Virus record (IMG/VR): IMGVR_UViG_2713897075_000003
Coordinates: 1-24,702 of that record
Direction: 5' to 3' (one strand)
Origin: a virus
Taxonomy: Duplodnaviria > Heunggongvirae > Uroviricota > Caudoviricetes
Length of the DNA: 24,702 bases
The notes beneath the pieces were generated by a model. It worked only from the letters and a program-made list of their open reading frames with translations, made no database searches and was not told the DNA's origin. The translations under genes and the position numbers were made by a program. Shown here piece after piece: positions 15,583 through 24,020 of the stretch (positions within the stretch are counted from its first letter, which is position 1; every line of letters starts with the position of its first letter).

Positions 15583-15717
15583 TCACATTAGTAGCTTTGT
15601 TAACTCCCTCAATACCAGGTAGAAGAGTAACAAAAATATTGACGCCAGTATTTGAGTGGACAATGAAGCGTTCATAAACAGATCAATTAGCATTAATAAT
15701 TCGAAGATAACATCCAT
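15583..15717 (-). CDS. Possible small hydrophobic peptide (44 aa)
   Basis: Hand translation MDVIFELLMLIDLFMNASLSTQILASIFLLLFYLVLRELTKLLM; RBS GGAG 8 nt upstream; stop codon directly abuts the stop of the convergent 14929..15582 gene. Below track cutoff, speculative. Confidence 0.25.
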   Translation of the reverse strand: MDVIFELLMLIDLFMNASLSTQILASIFLLLFYLVLRELTKLLM

Positions 15718-15910
15718 GTCATTCACTCCGTTTAATTTTTAATCTAATGCCAGCAAATGAAGCTGGCCCCCGCATAAAGATTAATGAAAGTCACTTGTCA
15801 CCAGTGAGGGGATTTATGAACCACATCCCCCTGAACTGGTGGCCTGTCTGTTTCTCGCATTTCACACCCTGCATACAGTTTCCACCAGGTTATGACTGAG
15901 AGGCTTTGTT

Positions 15911-16240
15911 ATGGGCTATAGCAGACTCGACGATAGGTACATTGAAGACGATATTTTTCGTGCGCTGTTTCACCAGGAAATGATTAAGCGGGTATCGGAG
16001 TATCACTCTGATAATTTCCAGTACACGATAAAGATTGATGAAGTATATCGTTCAGACCTTGCAGCCTACAGGGCGTATGGCAATGCAGATTTGCGCTGGG
16101 TATTCCGGGTGCTGGTGGGCCATGAGTCAGAAATGGAAGAAATGCCCGCCGGGACCACGTTAACTCTTCCTGATGTCGCATGGCTGAGGAACAAGATCCG
16201 TGATTACGCGAGCGCGGAACCGGAGATAGAAAATGCCTGA
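15911..16240 (+). CDS. Hypothetical protein (109 aa)
   Basis: ORF track; RBS GAGAGG 7 nt upstream; overlaps the next gene by 8 nt. Confidence 0.5.
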   Translation: MGYSRLDDRYIEDDIFRALFHQEMIKRVSEYHSDNFQYTIKIDEVYRSDLAAYRAYGNADLRWVFRVLVGHESEMEEMPAGTTLTLPDVAWLRNKIRDYASAEPEIENA

Positions 16241-17429
16241 TTTCCTGAAAAACCAGGACGGGCGCTATATCACTGATGGCCTGTCCTCTAAGGACTTCAC
16301 GCGTTTATTCGACCTTATCAGTAAAGAACAAACCCGTAAGCGCCGACAAGCTCACCGGACGCTGACGCCCGGCAGACTGAGGAACAAATCCGCCGAAGAT
16401 ATTCTCAAGTTGGGGAAGAAGAAAGGCGGCACGTTCTTTACGCGAGACGATCTGAAAGGCTTCGAAAAGCTACGGAGTAAAACGCGCGAAAAATATGACA
16501 GTAAGACGGCAGGCATCACATACGCCCAGCTGGTGGCATCCAGCCAGGCTATCGATATTAAGCGTGCAAATAACGCCGTGGATGACGGATCTGGTATCAA
16601 AAGAGCTACACCCGTATCTCTTCGCCACAATGTGATTAATATCCGCGTAGAAGCATCGGATATATCCGTCCACCAGCACCATATCGTCCGTATACGCTTT
16701 GAAGAATGGGATCAGATGGTCGATGACATCGCAGAAGACGATAAATCAGCTCTGAAAATCACTAAATCACTGTGCGCCGGGCGGGTGTCTTTCGATTGTG
16801 ACTGTGGTCGTCATCAATACTGGTATCGTTACATCGCTACTGCGGGTAACTTTGCCCTGGCCCCGCCAAAAGAATACGCCTATCCAAAAGTTCGTAACCC
16901 TAAGCTACAAGGCGTCGCCTGTAAACACGTGATCCACTCAATGACGCGGTTACAGTCCGCCAGTTGGCAAATGAGTATTGCTCGTGCGTTACAAAAGGCC
17001 GCAACGCAAATTGCATTTGGTGACGATCGCCGCCGTACAACTAAACACTTCTCAAAAGAAGACGAGAAGGAGTTTAATCGCAATCGTAGCAGTAAAACTA
17101 ACGTTGAAGCCGCCAAACGCGAATGGAGGCTCTATCAGAAACGCCAGGCCGCTTTAAGCACAAAACTGGCAAAGGACAACGGGAAGATTGACAAGCTACG
17201 TGACCAGCTGACCAGGGCCAGAAAGTTGTCCGATGCACAGAAAAAACGGGCAGCAGCAAAAGAAGCAGCCTTGCAACGTGAGAAACAGAAAAACAAGGAG
17301 CTTCAGCAACGCCTTGCCGATCAATTCGCACTGAAGAAGCAAGCGTTCATTGATGCACTGGTCATGGCAGGAACGTCACCTGAGCAAGCTGAAAAAATGT
17401 TTATGGAGTACGTGAAGAAAGGTTCTTGA
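16233..17429 (+). CDS. Hypothetical protein (398 aa) with SWIM-like CxC...CxH zinc-finger motif and basic coiled-coil C-terminus
   Basis: ORF track; RBS GGAGA. Motif FDCDCGRHQYW...GVACKHVIHS (CxC-N33-CxH, a long spacer for SWIM). C-terminal 110 aa are K/R/E/Q/A-rich heptad-like (AAKREWRLYQKRQAALSTKLAKDNGKIDKLRDQL...). Confidence 0.5.
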   Translation: MPDFLKNQDGRYITDGLSSKDFTRLFDLISKEQTRKRRQAHRTLTPGRLRNKSAEDILKLGKKKGGTFFTRDDLKGFEKLRSKTREKYDSKTAGITYAQLVASSQAIDIKRANNAVDDGSGIKRATPVSLRHNVINIRVEASDISVHQHHIVRIRFEEWDQMVDDIAEDDKSALKITKSLCAGRVSFDCDCGRHQYWYRYIATAGNFALAPPKEYAYPKVRNPKLQGVACKHVIHSMTRLQSASWQMSIARALQKAATQIAFGDDRRRTTKHFSKEDEKEFNRNRSSKTNVEAAKREWRLYQKRQAALSTKLAKDNGKIDKLRDQLTRARKLSDAQKKRAAAKEAALQREKQKNKELQQRLADQFALKKQAFIDALVMAGTSPEQAEKMFMEYVKKGS

Positions 17430-17463
17430 TTGACAACAAAGGCGGTCATACAGACCGCCAAAC

Positions 17464-17823
17464 TCATACACCAACCAGGCTTTCAAGAGGAATGCCAAAC
17501 TGGGAATGTAAACGACGAATCATAGGTAACGTTAAATTTCGTGTCCCATTTAGCACTTCGTAAACACGATTTGACTTACCAATCGCCGGTTCCAGATCCT
17601 TCACGGTCAGCCCTTGCTGTTCCATACGGAATTTAATGGCTTCAATAGGTGATGGTGGCTCAATTGGGTAATGCTTTTTCTCGTACTCTTCAATGAGCAG
17701 GCACATTACTTCAAAGAAATCGCCTTCCGGTGTGTTCATTTCCGGTTCGTTATCGAACATCGGTTCGACCGCACGCAGTGCGGCCTCATAATCTTGTTCT
17801 GTACGGATAGGTTTAATGTTCAT
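17464..17823 (-). CDS. higA: HigA-like antitoxin (HTH, 119 aa)
   Basis: Immediately downstream of the HigB-like gene (3-nt gap); C-terminal HTH region GLTVKDLEPAIGKSNRVYEVLNGTRNLTLPMIRRLHSQFGIPLESL resembles HigA-type antitoxins. Confidence 0.65.
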   Translation of the reverse strand: MNIKPIRTEQDYEAALRAVEPMFDNEPEMNTPEGDFFEVMCLLIEEYEKKHYPIEPPSPIEAIKFRMEQQGLTVKDLEPAIGKSNRVYEVLNGTRNLTLPMIRRLHSQFGIPLESLVGV

Positions 17824-17826
17824 GAT

Positions 17827-18129
17827 TTACTCCAGTTCTATTGTATCCGCTTCAATGGCATCGTATTCCTTATGTGTTCCAATAAACTTAACGAACATCC
17901 ATCCTCGCTGATAAGCAATTGCGACAATTAACCTGTAATCATTTCCCTTAATATTGAACACCACGCGCCTGTTTTTAAGGATGCTGGCTGTCCGGTACTG
18001 TTCTTTGATCTCAGCCGGATTTTTCCAGTCAGCCTTTGTTGCTTCATCAACCCATGCCTTTAATGGCTGTTCTGCATCGGGATTCTTCGCCCAGAAATCC
18101 CTTAGTGTTTTTACCGAAATTATTTTCAT
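17827..18129 (-). CDS. higB: HigB-like toxin, RelE/ParE superfamily (100 aa)
   Basis: Internal ATG of track ORF 17827..18186 preceded by GAAGGA. MKIISVKTLRDFWAKNPDAEQPLKAW...YRTASILKNRRVVFNIKGNDYRLIVAIAYQRGWMFVKFIGTHKEYD matches the HigB pattern (...VFN.GGN..R......IR.V.TH.EYD); toxin precedes antitoxin as in higBA. Confidence 0.7.
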   Translation of the reverse strand: MKIISVKTLRDFWAKNPDAEQPLKAWVDEATKADWKNPAEIKEQYRTASILKNRRVVFNIKGNDYRLIVAIAYQRGWMFVKFIGTHKEYDAIEADTIELE

Positions 18130-18159
18130 CACAGATTCCTTCTCGCTGAAAGTATAGTA

Positions 18160-18205
18160 GTCCCAATATGGGACAATGTAAAGCACTTTAGTCCCATGCT
18201 GGGAT
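18160..18205. promoter_or_regulatory. Two palindromic operator-like sites in the higBA promoter region (GTCCCAATATGGGAC and TCCCATGCTGGGA)
   Basis: Two TAGTCCCA...TGGGA palindromes 31 bp apart, directly upstream of higB and divergent from the 18275 operon. Confidence 0.45.
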
Positions 18206-18274
18206 ATGAATTGAAATCACAATCTCCAGACAATGCACCCTCGATACCTGATAAATCGACCTTTGAGGATGCTT

Positions 18275-19066
18275 ATGGGCCGTTTTGACGAATGGTTTGC
18301 TGACGATGCAAACCTGGCAAGTAAGGAGTCAGAACATGACAGCACGCAGAGAGAAACGCCAGCGACGGTTGAAGCGGATGCAGGAGGCGCGCCGGAACAT
18401 GGCAATACCGGTTCGGATTCATTCAGCATTCTGGAAGAGCAACCCGCCGCCAAAGCTGATAGCCATGATAATTTTGCTGATAGCAACGGTGGCCTTACTC
18501 CGGATGCTGGCGAATCAGATATAGCCATACTTCCATCTTCCCTGGCTGGCAGAGAACCGACTCCACAGTTAAAAGCACGCTATAACGGGCATAAAGCCTT
18601 TAACGACCAAATCCGCGCAGACTGGATGCTGATTATTGAATCCAGCCCAGACGCGTTTCAGGCTCTCTTATATCGACCAGATGTTGGCACATATGGGGTA
18701 GTCAGCGACGAAACAGGAGAAGAGTCATTCACCGAACTGGATAACAACCAACGCGAACTGACTTACCAGGAACCTGAAATCGTTTATGTGCTGGATAACC
18801 CTGACGGGCGTGACTCTTTCCATGCGATTGACGCAGACGGTGAGCAGGATGGCTTAACCGATGATGTTCTGATTCTGCGTATTGCAGCAAATAACGTCCC
18901 CGTCGGCTCAATTCTTGAATGGAATGAAGAGATGGTAAACGGCGTAGCGCGCCGCTGGTGGTACGTGCACCGTATTTTTAGCTACGGCACACAGCATGTT
19001 GGTTCGCTTTACTACTGCATACCTGCCAGGAATTTTGATACGACTCAAAACGGAGTGATCGAATGA
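18275..19066 (+). CDS. Hypothetical acidic protein (263 aa) with low-complexity N-terminal region
   Basis: Internal ATG of track ORF 18233..19066 preceded by GAGGA at 6 nt; D/E-rich N-terminal 100 aa; stop overlaps the next start (ATGA). Confidence 0.5.
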   Translation: MGRFDEWFADDANLASKESEHDSTQRETPATVEADAGGAPEHGNTGSDSFSILEEQPAAKADSHDNFADSNGGLTPDAGESDIAILPSSLAGREPTPQLKARYNGHKAFNDQIRADWMLIIESSPDAFQALLYRPDVGTYGVVSDETGEESFTELDNNQRELTYQEPEIVYVLDNPDGRDSFHAIDADGEQDGLTDDVLILRIAANNVPVGSILEWNEEMVNGVARRWWYVHRIFSYGTQHVGSLYYCIPARNFDTTQNGVIE

Positions 19067-19830
19067 CTTCAAATAAAACCCTCCTGGCGCGAACAGGTGA
19101 ATGGCAAACCTCACGCACAGGAAAATTCCAGACCACGGGCTTTGAAAACGTGGATAACGCGTTTGCGACGCTAATCAGCAACATTTTTTCTGATATCTTA
19201 CTGGTGGCCCCCGCGCCGGAAGAAAAACGCTTTGCGTCATTCCTGAATCGTCCACCAGCAGAGCGTGTCTATGTGGCCCGTTTCGACAATGCGATCGAGT
19301 TTCTTAAAGCAGTTCGTCGCGCAAATGCCGGGCAAGGGAGAAAACCTGAAAACCAGAACATTAACCGGGATGCTCTCCCCCTGGTCAATATCTCACGCAA
19401 TATGGATATCAATTATATCAACGATGATCAGCAGATTGACCGCAAAAAAGTAGCCAGTTTTTGCGAACCGGATACCGGAATGCCTTTAGCAGAACTGGAA
19501 TACACCCAGGCCATTCTGACGTATGACGTTACGTTAATGGCAACTGATAAAGCGACCATGAGTCTGATGTGTAATTCGCTGGGCGCACGGCTTCGCCTGA
19601 TGACAGGTACACAATTTGAAGCAACCACTCACCTTGTTCGTGTCCCGGTCCCGCTGATTTGCTCGATACAGGATGCCAAAGAAGTCGGATTTACGGATGT
19701 TTCGGCACCAATTGGAGAAGAGCGTATTTATGCCACACAAGCGCCGATAAGTGTGATTGCAGACGTGATCACAGCATGGGAGTTGGACGCAAAACGTATT
19801 ATTACCGAAACCTCGATATCTATGGGGTGA
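19063..19830 (+). CDS. Hypothetical protein (255 aa), second gene of a four-gene coupled operon
   Basis: ORF track; ATGA overlap with the upstream gene. Confidence 0.5.
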   Translation: MTSNKTLLARTGEWQTSRTGKFQTTGFENVDNAFATLISNIFSDILLVAPAPEEKRFASFLNRPPAERVYVARFDNAIEFLKAVRRANAGQGRKPENQNINRDALPLVNISRNMDINYINDDQQIDRKKVASFCEPDTGMPLAELEYTQAILTYDVTLMATDKATMSLMCNSLGARLRLMTGTQFEATTHLVRVPVPLICSIQDAKEVGFTDVSAPIGEERIYATQAPISVIADVITAWELDAKRIITETSISMG

Positions 19831-19833
19831 TAA

Positions 19834-20814
19834 GTGGCCCAGGAGTTACAACAATATTTTCTACAGTCAGTGCTCATTAACGATAACAAAGTGCCACGAG
19901 ACTGGATTTTTACCGCAGTATATGTAGAAAAAACCAGCCTCAAAGCCCCTTTGCTAAAACTGGAAATTCATGACGCTACCGGCACCGTAATTGATGACTG
20001 GAAAGCCAAATACGGTGCATCGCTGGTGGCTGAAATGGGCGATCCAAACGGTAATGCAGGCACTTTTAAAACAGATTTCTTTGTTACGTCTGCAATGCTG
20101 GCTGGTGATGTTGTTACCGTTATTGCTGTCAGTGAAGACGTGCGCAGGTTTAAGATCCCCTCCCCGCGCACAAATTTACATACCAACAAAACACCAGACG
20201 CTATATTCAAGGCATATTCCGGCAAGCTTAAAATTACCAGCAGCGTGCTAAAACGCGCAGTTACATATCATCTGAATGCCGGTGACAAACCGTCAAAAAT
20301 GCTCTCGCAGATAGCGCGAGACAAAGGTGCATTATGTTGGGTATGCCGTGGGGAATTTAACTTTTACACCCTGGCTGATCTGATGAAGCAAACGCCATCA
20401 TTTACCTACGAGGGGAATAACCCTAAAGCAGAATACACTTTGTCCAAAATGCGCCTACTCCAACAGGAACATGCGACAACAGCAAAGAATCAATATCGTT
20501 TTGTTGGGTATTCCATGACCGATGGCTACGTCGAATATGGCGATAGCTCACTCCCAGTGCGTTATATATCCGACTCTGATATGGAAACTCTTCGCAATAT
20601 GCAGCTGTCTCTCGTCCCCAAAATGGATATAGAAGTCGCAGGCAATCCGGATATAAAACCGGGAATGGTAATAGAGATTATCGTATACCGCTATGACCAG
20701 GAAAACCGCATTGATGAATCAATGCCCCGCAAGCTGATAGTAAAAAATGTTGCGCACTTTGAAGACCGCGTAGGCTACACAACACGAATGATATTAGGAG
20801 TGCCGAACAAATGA
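19834..20814 (+). CDS. Hypothetical protein (326 aa); position suggests baseplate-hub-like partner of the following spike gene
   Basis: GTG start 3 nt after the upstream stop, preceded by GGGGTGA; stop overlaps the next start (ATGA). Function unknown; the hub-like idea comes from gene order only. Confidence 0.45.
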   Translation: MAQELQQYFLQSVLINDNKVPRDWIFTAVYVEKTSLKAPLLKLEIHDATGTVIDDWKAKYGASLVAEMGDPNGNAGTFKTDFFVTSAMLAGDVVTVIAVSEDVRRFKIPSPRTNLHTNKTPDAIFKAYSGKLKITSSVLKRAVTYHLNAGDKPSKMLSQIARDKGALCWVCRGEFNFYTLADLMKQTPSFTYEGNNPKAEYTLSKMRLLQQEHATTAKNQYRFVGYSMTDGYVEYGDSSLPVRYISDSDMETLRNMQLSLVPKMDIEVAGNPDIKPGMVIEIIVYRYDQENRIDESMPRKLIVKNVAHFEDRVGYTTRMILGVPNK

Positions 20815-21464
20815 AGCGTAGAGCGCAAATTGTTGGAACTGTGCACCCGGCAGGGCTTATGCGTGCTCAGGTCCGTGTTTTACCAGACTGGAATGGCGTT
20901 CCTGATGACGATCTACCCTGGGCAGAATACCTGTTACCCATAGGTAACGCGTTTGTACCTACAGTAAAAGGCGACCTGGTATGGGTAGAGTTTCCTTATC
21001 TGGATGTTAATGGTCGAATTGATACCAGACGCCCAATGATAGTTGGCGCAGCTCAGGATGCGCCTGGCGGAGTACCAAACGTCGCGCCGGAGGCGTCAGG
21101 CAATGGTAGCGGCTGGACGCCACCAGAAGTAGACGGAGCGCCTCCCCGCCCGCAATTTTCGGCGACAAAAGATTTCGTGATTCACCGCAACAATGTGCTC
21201 GAAGTGCGAACGGCTGGCGGTGGATATGAAATAGCGAATACGGCAGCAGGCTCAAGGATTGGAATGAATGAATCAGGGCAGATATACATCATTGGTCCGG
21301 CTGATGTAGTAGTGAATGCGGGAGGGAGTGTTAACGTCAAATCAGCCGATAACATCAGCGTTAATGGCAAAAACATTACTGTGACAGCCGACGAAAATAT
21401 TGATTTCAAGGCTGGAGGCACCTTCCAGGCTATCGCAAGCAACTTTGATTTCAAGAAGGGATAG
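20811..21464 (+). CDS. Baseplate assembly protein V / gp5-like spike (OB-fold plus beta-helix repeats), 217 aa
   Basis: N-terminal AQVRVLPDWNGVPDDDLPWAEYLLPIG...KGDLVWVEFPYLDVNGRIDTRRPMIVGA follows the gpV/VgrG N-terminal OB-fold pattern; C-terminus has beta-helix-like repeats VVVNAGGSVNVKSADNISVNGKNITVTADENIDFKAGG. No sheath, tube, wedge or fiber genes are in the window. Confidence 0.5.
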   Translation: MKRRAQIVGTVHPAGLMRAQVRVLPDWNGVPDDDLPWAEYLLPIGNAFVPTVKGDLVWVEFPYLDVNGRIDTRRPMIVGAAQDAPGGVPNVAPEASGNGSGWTPPEVDGAPPRPQFSATKDFVIHRNNVLEVRTAGGGYEIANTAAGSRIGMNESGQIYIIGPADVVVNAGGSVNVKSADNISVNGKNITVTADENIDFKAGGTFQAIASNFDFKKG

Positions 21465-21473
21465 AAAACACAT

Positions 21474-21517
21474 CCAATTGTGTTAGATAATTGAATAGAA
21501 TTTTCTAACACAATTGG
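21474..21517. promoter_or_regulatory. Perfect 14-bp inverted repeat CCAATTGTGTTAGA-N16-TCTAACACAATTGG (operator site 3 / RNA hairpin) upstream of the rdgC-like operon
   Basis: Arms 21474-21487 and 21504-21517, spacer 16 nt; contains the same TGTTAGA/TCTAACA core as sites at 6540 and 10631; ends 6 bp before the RBS of the rdgC-like gene. Confidence 0.55.
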
Positions 21518-21523
21518 TGAAAC

Positions 21524-22429
21524 ATGAGATCAGTCGCTTTCAAAAACATCTTCATCTATCGTCTTTCACGTGAAGTTAACTGGAGTGCCGCAGAAGTATC
21601 CGATGCTCTTAGCAAATTCGTGTTTACTCCTTGCGGTTCTCAGGACACAGCTAAAGTCGGTTGGACACCTGTTCTTGGTGACAACCTCACCCATGAATAC
21701 CAGGGTTTTCTGCTAATACAGCATAAGCGAGAAGAAAAAATTCTCCCCTCGCAGGTGCTCAAGGAAGAGTTGCAGAAAAAAGTCCTGAAACTCGAAGAAG
21801 AGCAAGCCCGCAAGCTGAAGAAAACGGAAAGAGACAGTCTTAAAGATGAAGTCCTGCATTCACTTTTGCCTCGCGCGTTCACGAGAAAATCACTCGCCAA
21901 AATCCTGATCGACCGCAGCAACCATCTGGTATTCGTTGAGGCAAGCAGCGCCAAAAAGGCAGAGGACCAGCTGGCTTTATTGCGAAAGTCGCTCGGCAGC
22001 CTGCCTGTCATTCCATTCACACCACGCGAACCGCTGGAAATTACAATGACCGAGTGGTTTAAAAGCGGCTTCCCTGCCGGATTTACAGCAGGTGAAGACG
22101 CCACATTAAAGGGTCTGCTCGATAATGGTGGTGCCGTTCGCTGCAACAAAGTTGATCTACAGTCCGACGAGATTATGTCTCACATTGAGGCGGGGAAAGT
22201 AGCTACGACCGTTGCAATTAACTGGATGGACCGTGCGTCGTTCAGAGTCAACGATGATATGAGTATCAAAGCCCTGACATTCTGTGATGATCTCTATGAC
22301 CAGAACGACGATATCGACCGGGAGGATGTAGCACAACGATTTGATGCTGATTTCGTGCTCTTTACGGGCGAATTATCTGCACTGTTTAACGCGCTGGTGG
22401 AGGCCATTGGCGGTGAAGCAGAACGATAA
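21524..22429 (+). CDS. rdgC: RdgC-like recombination-associated protein (301 aa)
   Basis: [12 protein letters not shown]...[16 protein letters not shown]...[16 protein letters not shown]...[29 protein letters not shown]...[23 protein letters not shown]...[22 protein letters not shown] is collinear with chromosomal E. coli RdgC as I recall it. Confidence 0.85.
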   Translation: MRSVAFKNIFIYRLSREVNWSAAEVSDALSKFVFTPCGSQDTAKVGWTPVLGDNLTHEYQGFLLIQHKREEKILPSQVLKEELQKKVLKLEEEQARKLKKTERDSLKDEVLHSLLPRAFTRKSLAKILIDRSNHLVFVEASSAKKAEDQLALLRKSLGSLPVIPFTPREPLEITMTEWFKSGFPAGFTAGEDATLKGLLDNGGAVRCNKVDLQSDEIMSHIEAGKVATTVAINWMDRASFRVNDDMSIKALTFCDDLYDQNDDIDREDVAQRFDADFVLFTGELSALFNALVEAIGGEAER

Positions 22430-23093
22430 TAACCGACCGCTTGTTGTGAGTCTTTGTGATTTTACGGGGGCAATGGTTGCCCCCTGGCTGGAATACGGTG
22501 TCGATGCCGCTATCGTCGATCCACAGCACTTATCGACCAGTGACGAGCGGATGCAATCAGGTGCCGTTCTGACGCGTATTAGTGCGATCATCGATAGCGA
22601 TGAAGTATACGCTTTTCTCCGTAAGAATTTGCAGCGCATCGTGTTTCTGGCCGGGTTCCCACCGTGTACTGACCTGGCTGTTTCCGGCGCGCGCTGGTTT
22701 TCGGACAAGGCTAATAAAGATCCGGTTTTCCAGTTCAAAGCAATGCAGGTTGTCTGGCAGTGTTATGACATTGCAAAGATGATCGGTTGTCCGTACATGA
22801 TTGAAAATCCGGTCAGCAAAATATCGACATTCTGGCGTAAGCCAGATCACAGCTTTCACCCTTACTTCTTCACTGCATATTGTCAGGAAGATAACTACAC
22901 CAAAAAAACATGCCTCTGGAGCGGCCAGGGCTTTGTCATGCCTGATGCCCTAATGGACGAATCATTAGGCAAGCCAGATAACAGAATCCATGCCGCGCCA
23001 CCAGGGCCTGACAGGGCTAATTTCCGAAGTGCTACTCCACATGGATTCGCAAAGGCAGTTTTCGAAGCGAATAAGGGGGTGCTCTATGAGTAA
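22413..23093 (+). CDS. Truncated C5-cytosine methyltransferase-like catalytic core (about 226 aa; motifs I, IV, VI-like; no target-recognition domain)
   Basis: Probable GTG start 22413 (GGAGG 9 nt upstream), overlapping the rdgC stop. SLCDFTGAM (motif I-like), [15 protein letters not shown] (motif IV-like PC with Cys), MIENPVSKI (ENV-like) occur in the order and spacing expected for the large domain of C5-MTases. Too short to contain a TRD or motifs IX/X. Confidence 0.5.
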   Translation: MKQNDNNRPLVVSLCDFTGAMVAPWLEYGVDAAIVDPQHLSTSDERMQSGAVLTRISAIIDSDEVYAFLRKNLQRIVFLAGFPPCTDLAVSGARWFSDKANKDPVFQFKAMQVVWQCYDIAKMIGCPYMIENPVSKISTFWRKPDHSFHPYFFTAYCQEDNYTKKTCLWSGQGFVMPDALMDESLGKPDNRIHAAPPGPDRANFRSATPHGFAKAVFEANKGVLYE

Positions 23094-23991
23094 ATCTATA
23101 GCAAGCATAGCCATAGAAAAACAGGATACGATGGCTGAAATTAGCTATATGCGCACCATTCGGACTCCGGATGAATATGAGCGTCCGATATTCAAATGGG
23201 TAGGTGGTAAATTCTCAGAATTGCCTACAGTGCTTGAGCATCTACCACACGGTAAGCGGTTAATAGAACCATTCGTTGGTGGCGGTTCCGTATTTACGAA
23301 TGCAGGATTTCGCCACAACCTGCTTAATGATATTAACGGTGACCTGATTAACTTCTATCAGACATTGCAGCGAGAAGGACATTCGCTCGTCACGCTGTCA
23401 TATAGTTTTTTCAAAAATTACAACAACGCTGACGCTTACCTCGAAGTGCGTGAGGCATTTAACAGAGGAAAATATGACCAGCTACATCATGCTGCCGCAT
23501 TTTTGTACCTTAATCGTCACTGTTTTAATGGCGTAACGCGGTACAACCAAAATGGCGAGTTCAACGTGGGGTATGGCAAATACAAAGCGCCCTACTTCCC
23601 ACATGCAGAGATGGAGGCATTTTTGGCTGATGACGTACTCAAAAACACTTCCTTTGTATCAGGAGACTTTGCTAGCGTCATCGAGGCGGCTGGTGAAGAC
23701 GATGTGATTTTTTGTGATCCGCCGTATGAACCGCTTCCGGATACAGAGGGATTTACCAGCTATTCAGGAAATAGCTTCCGTTTCGATGAACAAAAACGGC
23801 TTGTATCACTGTTGGTGGATGCCCACCAGCGCGGCGCTAAGGTAGTGATAACAAATAGTGGTGCTCCAAACATCCGTGAGCTATATGAAGGAAACGGGTT
23901 TAAAGTACATCATATGGCAGCCAGACGGTCGGTTTCCTGCAAGGCGTCAACACGTGTAGTTGCTAACGATATAATTGCAATAATGAAGTAA
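23086..23991 (+). CDS. dam: Dam-family DNA N6-adenine methyltransferase (301 aa)
   Basis: ATG 23086 with RBS AAGGGGG, overlapping the upstream stop by 8 nt. PIFKWVGGK...IEPFVGGGSVF...FLYLNRHCFNGVTRYNQNGEFNV...DPPYEP match Dam / T4 Dam motifs including DPPY. Confidence 0.85.
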   Translation: MSKSIASIAIEKQDTMAEISYMRTIRTPDEYERPIFKWVGGKFSELPTVLEHLPHGKRLIEPFVGGGSVFTNAGFRHNLLNDINGDLINFYQTLQREGHSLVTLSYSFFKNYNNADAYLEVREAFNRGKYDQLHHAAAFLYLNRHCFNGVTRYNQNGEFNVGYGKYKAPYFPHAEMEAFLADDVLKNTSFVSGDFASVIEAAGEDDVIFCDPPYEPLPDTEGFTSYSGNSFRFDEQKRLVSLLVDAHQRGAKVVITNSGAPNIRELYEGNGFKVHHMAARRSVSCKASTRVVANDIIAIMK

Positions 23992-23994
23992 AAA

Positions 23995-24020
23995 ACGCCG
24001 CAGTAGCGGCGTTTACTTTT
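23995..24020. terminator. Bidirectional intrinsic terminator between dam (+) and glnS (-)
   Basis: ACGCCGC-agta-GCGGCGT 7-bp stem flanked by AAAAA upstream and TTTACTTTTT downstream. Confidence 0.6.

Noticed and set aside
1282-22400. Chi sites (GCTGGTGG) at 1282, 6183, 10557, 12588, 16111, 20022, 22393 on the plus strand
   Set aside because: Seven sites in 24.7 kb is within the range expected for enterobacterial DNA; not treated as a specific signal.
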